DNA of 64,000 bases, taken from contig NW_026262679.1 of NCBI RefSeq assembly GCF_021869535.1, positions 2,170,001-2,234,000 of the forward strand, written 5' to 3'. Origin of the DNA: Mytilus californianus. Taxonomy: Eukaryota. Under the pieces are notes generated by a model that had not been told where the DNA came from, did no database searches, and saw nothing but the letters and a program-made list of their open reading frames with translations. The translations under genes were made by a program, and so were the position numbers. Of this stretch, positions 60,711 to 64,000 are shown piece by piece; positions within the stretch are counted from its first letter, which is position 1; every line of letters starts with the position of its first letter.

Positions 60711-63700
60711 ATGGTTTCGACAACTCTTGTCTTGTTGTTACTGTGTGCAAACCTTGGAAAAGCATTGGCAAGTTGTAATCCAGGTAAGAATGCAAATATA
60801 TAAGATATTGACTTGTATCAAATACAGTGTTAACAAGATGTAAGTACTGTGACTTATTTCTCACTTATAATACACCTACTATAAGTAATCAGTATACAAG
60901 AATTTGATGATCGATGGATATCAAATATACGTTCACATAAAGCTGATACAAAATAACAGGAAACTCTGATTCGTAGTTCCTAGGAAAAATGCGACATTTT
61001 CATAGACGGGCAGAATTATACTCAAACTAGACTAGGGACAGAGCTGGATAAGATTTAGTTACTTGATCATCGTTTGAGATCGCATGCTTATTCTGGATAT
61101 CTATATTGGTGGAACCATTTAGTGGCTTGTCTCTTTACTGTTTCCCTTGCATCTGCCTTCAGCTTTTAACCATTACACCATTTTAGTTATATGCAACTTT
61201 TATTTTAGGAAAAACAACATGCGTGACGGAAGACCTTCTGCATATGATTATGAGAGCTGGTCCTACTTTAAAAGATGGTGAGTAAAGTTTAAAACTATGA
61301 CAAAATTCTGAAAGACAACGTTGCCTATAATCGTGAACTAATGAAAAATATTCCTATAGGAAACAACGTAATTGATGAAATAAAAAGTGCAGAATTGAAT
61401 TGTGTTCGTGATTCTTTTTATGCATTTATTCTTCCAACTGTTTAGATTTGAGCACCACTGGTGAATCTTATGAAGACAAACCGCACGGCAGGTGTACTGA
61501 AATAATAAGCCGTTACCATTTGTTTCATTTTTACACGAACAACTGTTTTGTATCATAACTTCCAGATAATCTGAATCATTTACTAAATAAGGATTATAAC
61601 GTTGTCCAAATATTCACACCCTTGTCCTTTGGTCTTTAGTTTGGTGGATTTTTGTTTTATTGGTTATCATACCACATCTCATTATTCTTATGTTTGGGAA
61701 ATTATCATATCAAAAACAATTAACTAAAACTCTATATTGTTTGTCTTAGTGTAAAATGACCCATTTACACGCCTGAACGAAGCAACTTTGTGAGGTTTAA
61801 CTAATCTACATCTTTATTTTAAATCCCAAATAGGTTGTTTACACGTGTGGAAAACAAAACAAAAAACTTATCATACTCATTTTAATGTTAATTGTACCAA
61901 TTTTACTGCACCAGATGCGAACTTTGACCATTAATGTTTCTTCAGTGATGCTCGAGGCAAGAGGGAGATATATTCCTGGATTCAGAATGATTTCCAAATT
62001 TTACTACAGCAAATTTCAATCAAACAAAACTCGTGTTTTCATGCCAGGACTGCCTAATGGGCTGGTGATATTTGGTATATCATCGATGTATAAAACCTTT
62101 ATACATCTATGGGTTTATCGAATACTTCGTCAGTTGCGTTTACATGTAATGACAGTAATTTCATAAAGACAATCTTGGAATCTGTAGTTTTGGAATTCAA
62201 AAGATAAATAAAATGCTTCGCTGAGCGCAGCCTGATACGACCGCAAAGGTCGAACCCTGAACAGTTTGGGCAAATTTGGACACATTATTCGAGCTGAATT
62301 TGGATTGTGATCAAATTTTTGACATAATATAGGTTTCCGACTCAAAATAAATGTGGTCGAAGATCTTACAAATCTATTGCGCAATACGGTGCAATTGAAG
62401 ATTTCTTCTTGCAACTTTTCAAAAATTCGAAATTTGAAAAATTTTGAAAAAAAATATGAATCCCTTAAAAAATTTGGAAAAAAAATCCCTTCCCAACTTT
62501 TTGAAACCCTCCTTGGAGCAATAACCCCAAAACTCAATCCCAGTCTTTCCTTTGTAGTATGGAACATTGTAGTACAATTTCAGAGAGATCCATACACTAA
62601 AACACAAGTTATTGTCTGGAAACTAGAAAAATGCTTGTTTTTGGCCCTTTTTTGGCCCCTAATTCCTACGTGTTTGGGGCAATTAACCCCGAACTCAATC
62701 ACAGCCTTCCCTTTGTTATATGGAACCTTGTGGTACAATGTCAGAGAGATACATACACTTACACACAAGTTATTATCTGGAAACTAGAAAAATGCTTGTT
62801 TTTTGGCCCCTTTATGGCCCTTAATTCCTAAACTGTTGGCCCCATAACCCCTAAAATAAATTCCAACCTTCTACTTGTGGTATTAAACATTGTGGTACAA
62901 TTTCAGAGCAATCGAAATACTTATACACAAGTTATTATCCTGAAACTAGAAAGATGCTTGTTTTGGGCCCATATTCCTAAACGGTTGGGGACCATCATCC
63001 CCAAAATCAATCCCAACCTTCCTTTTGTGGTACTGAACCTTCTTAAAAAATTTCATAGAGATCCATTCACTTAAACTAAAGTTATTGTCCGGAAACCAAT
63101 GTGTCTTCAGACGACGACGCAGACGACGACGACATCATACCATTATATGATCCCAAAAAATTGTTTCCGGTCGTATAAAAAGCGGAGCTAAATAAACTAA
63201 TCATAGATACCAGGATTGAAATTTTGTACTTTCGTCTTTAAAAGACTCATCAGTGACGCTCGGTTTCAAAAAAAGTTAAAAAGGCCAAAGAAAGTACGAA
63301 GTTGAAGAGTATTGAGGACCAAAAATACCTAAAAGTTTTGCCAAATACAGCTAAGGTAGTCTATTCCTGAGGTAGAAAAGCCTCAGTATTTCAAAAATTC
63401 AAAGTTTTGTTAAATATGTGTTGTCCATTTGGATTTAGACAATTAAATTAGAATTGATTTGTCATTAGAAATTATTCTTTTAGACGTCTGTTGGTTAAAG
63501 AAATCATATGAGCTTCTTTATTCTTGTCACATTACTTCTTTTAACAAAGTAATAAACTGAAATAACTGACACACCCCACTTAAATCTATTTCAACAACAC
63601 CTCAAAAACCCGAATAAAACGAATGTGCAATAATGCAAACCAATTCAAAAGGATGATGATAGACTTTTTTTTCAATTTTTAGATCTCGAACGAAGGCCAA

Positions 63701-64000
63701 CATTTTTTGCATCATTAAAAACATCACAAACTCTGTCTAATATTAGGGATATTGTGAAGTTTGATGACGCAAAGATCAATATTGGAGGTGGATATGACTC
63801 TACTACTGGAATATTTACTGCTCCACGGAATGGAATCTACATATTTTCCTGTGCTATTATGGCTAATGGTGGCGGCGAAGTTCATTTCCAGCTAAACAAG
63901 AATGACCAGTTATATACAGCAGGGTATGCTACTAAATCGAACTACGGAGCTCAAACGGTGAACTCTCTCGTCGAGCTGAGGACAGGAGATAAAGTGTATG
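60711..64000 (+). CDS. secreted C1q-domain-containing protein, copy 3 (exon 3 truncated by window end; open so far)
   Basis: Exons 60711-60783 (MVSTTLVLLLLCANLGKALASCNP), 61209-61277 and 63683->64000 (DLERRPTFFASLKTSQTLSNIRDIVKFDD...ELRTGDKVY). No lesions seen. Confidence 0.88.
62210..63180 (+). mobile_element. Helentron-associated element (HINE-like) with ~161-bp tandem core, in C1q-3 intron 2
   Basis: Subterminal ATACGACC (62236) / GGTCGTAT (63168); ~3.6 tandem units (starts ~62521, 62683, 62844, 62994); (GAC)n microsatellite; 3' hairpin; A-run. Confidence 0.75.
63190..63395 (-). mobile_element. PLE-associated repeat with minimal type I hammerhead remnant
   Basis: Minus strand gagcgtca CTGATGA GTC ttttaaa GAC GAAA gtac (63261-63226). 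Core intact but stem III and cleavage triplet missing. Confidence 0.6.

Larger units (their letters stand above)
47277..64000. repeat. segmental duplication unit 3 (TLR-B copy 3 + C1q copy 3), runs off window end
   Basis: Begins with homology to the sequence ~45 bp upstream of the TLR-A ATG (5175 ttcctgctataatcaaaag vs 47278 ttcccgctataatcaaaag). Confidence 0.88.

Noticed and set aside
62130-63074. Cluster of 60-145 aa ORFs on both strands
   Set aside because: Products of the tandem HINE core, repetitive and without protein motifs.
1-64000. CRISPR arrays, rRNA/tRNA genes, prokaryotic operons
   Set aside because: None seen. The window has spliceosomal introns and eukaryotic TEs, and the only tRNA-like sequences are a SINE head and an LTR primer-binding site.

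Overview
AT-rich eukaryotic DNA, most likely from a mytilid mussel (Mytilus-type repeats and immune gene families; inferred, not database-checked). The window is an innate-immune tandem array. One intact intronless Toll-like receptor (TLR, 824 aa, minus strand) sits at the left edge. It is followed by at least three copies of a ~16-18 kb cassette in which a paralogous TLR (minus) lies head-to-head with a three-exon secreted C1q-domain gene (plus). All three cassette TLRs are pseudogenes with different, copy-specific lesions. C1q copy 1 is intact, copy 2 is dead, and copy 3 is open up to the window end. The array is packed with mobile DNA: Penelope-like RT elements with no C-terminal endonuclease (Naiad-like), a LINE, a full Gypsy (Mag-like) LTR element with PBS and TSD, a Helitron, Helentron-type HINEs, a CMC-like MITE and a tRNA SINE. 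The most striking unannotated signal is that three sequence-distinct dispersed repeat families each carry a circularly permuted (type-P5) twister ribozyme fold with cross-family base-pair covariation. The predicted cleavage site is ~285-305 nt from the 3' end in all three, and a palindrome overlaps the scissile site. Degenerate minimal hammerhead motifs and a separate conserved multibranch RNA structure in the RT-element 3' UTR are also present.
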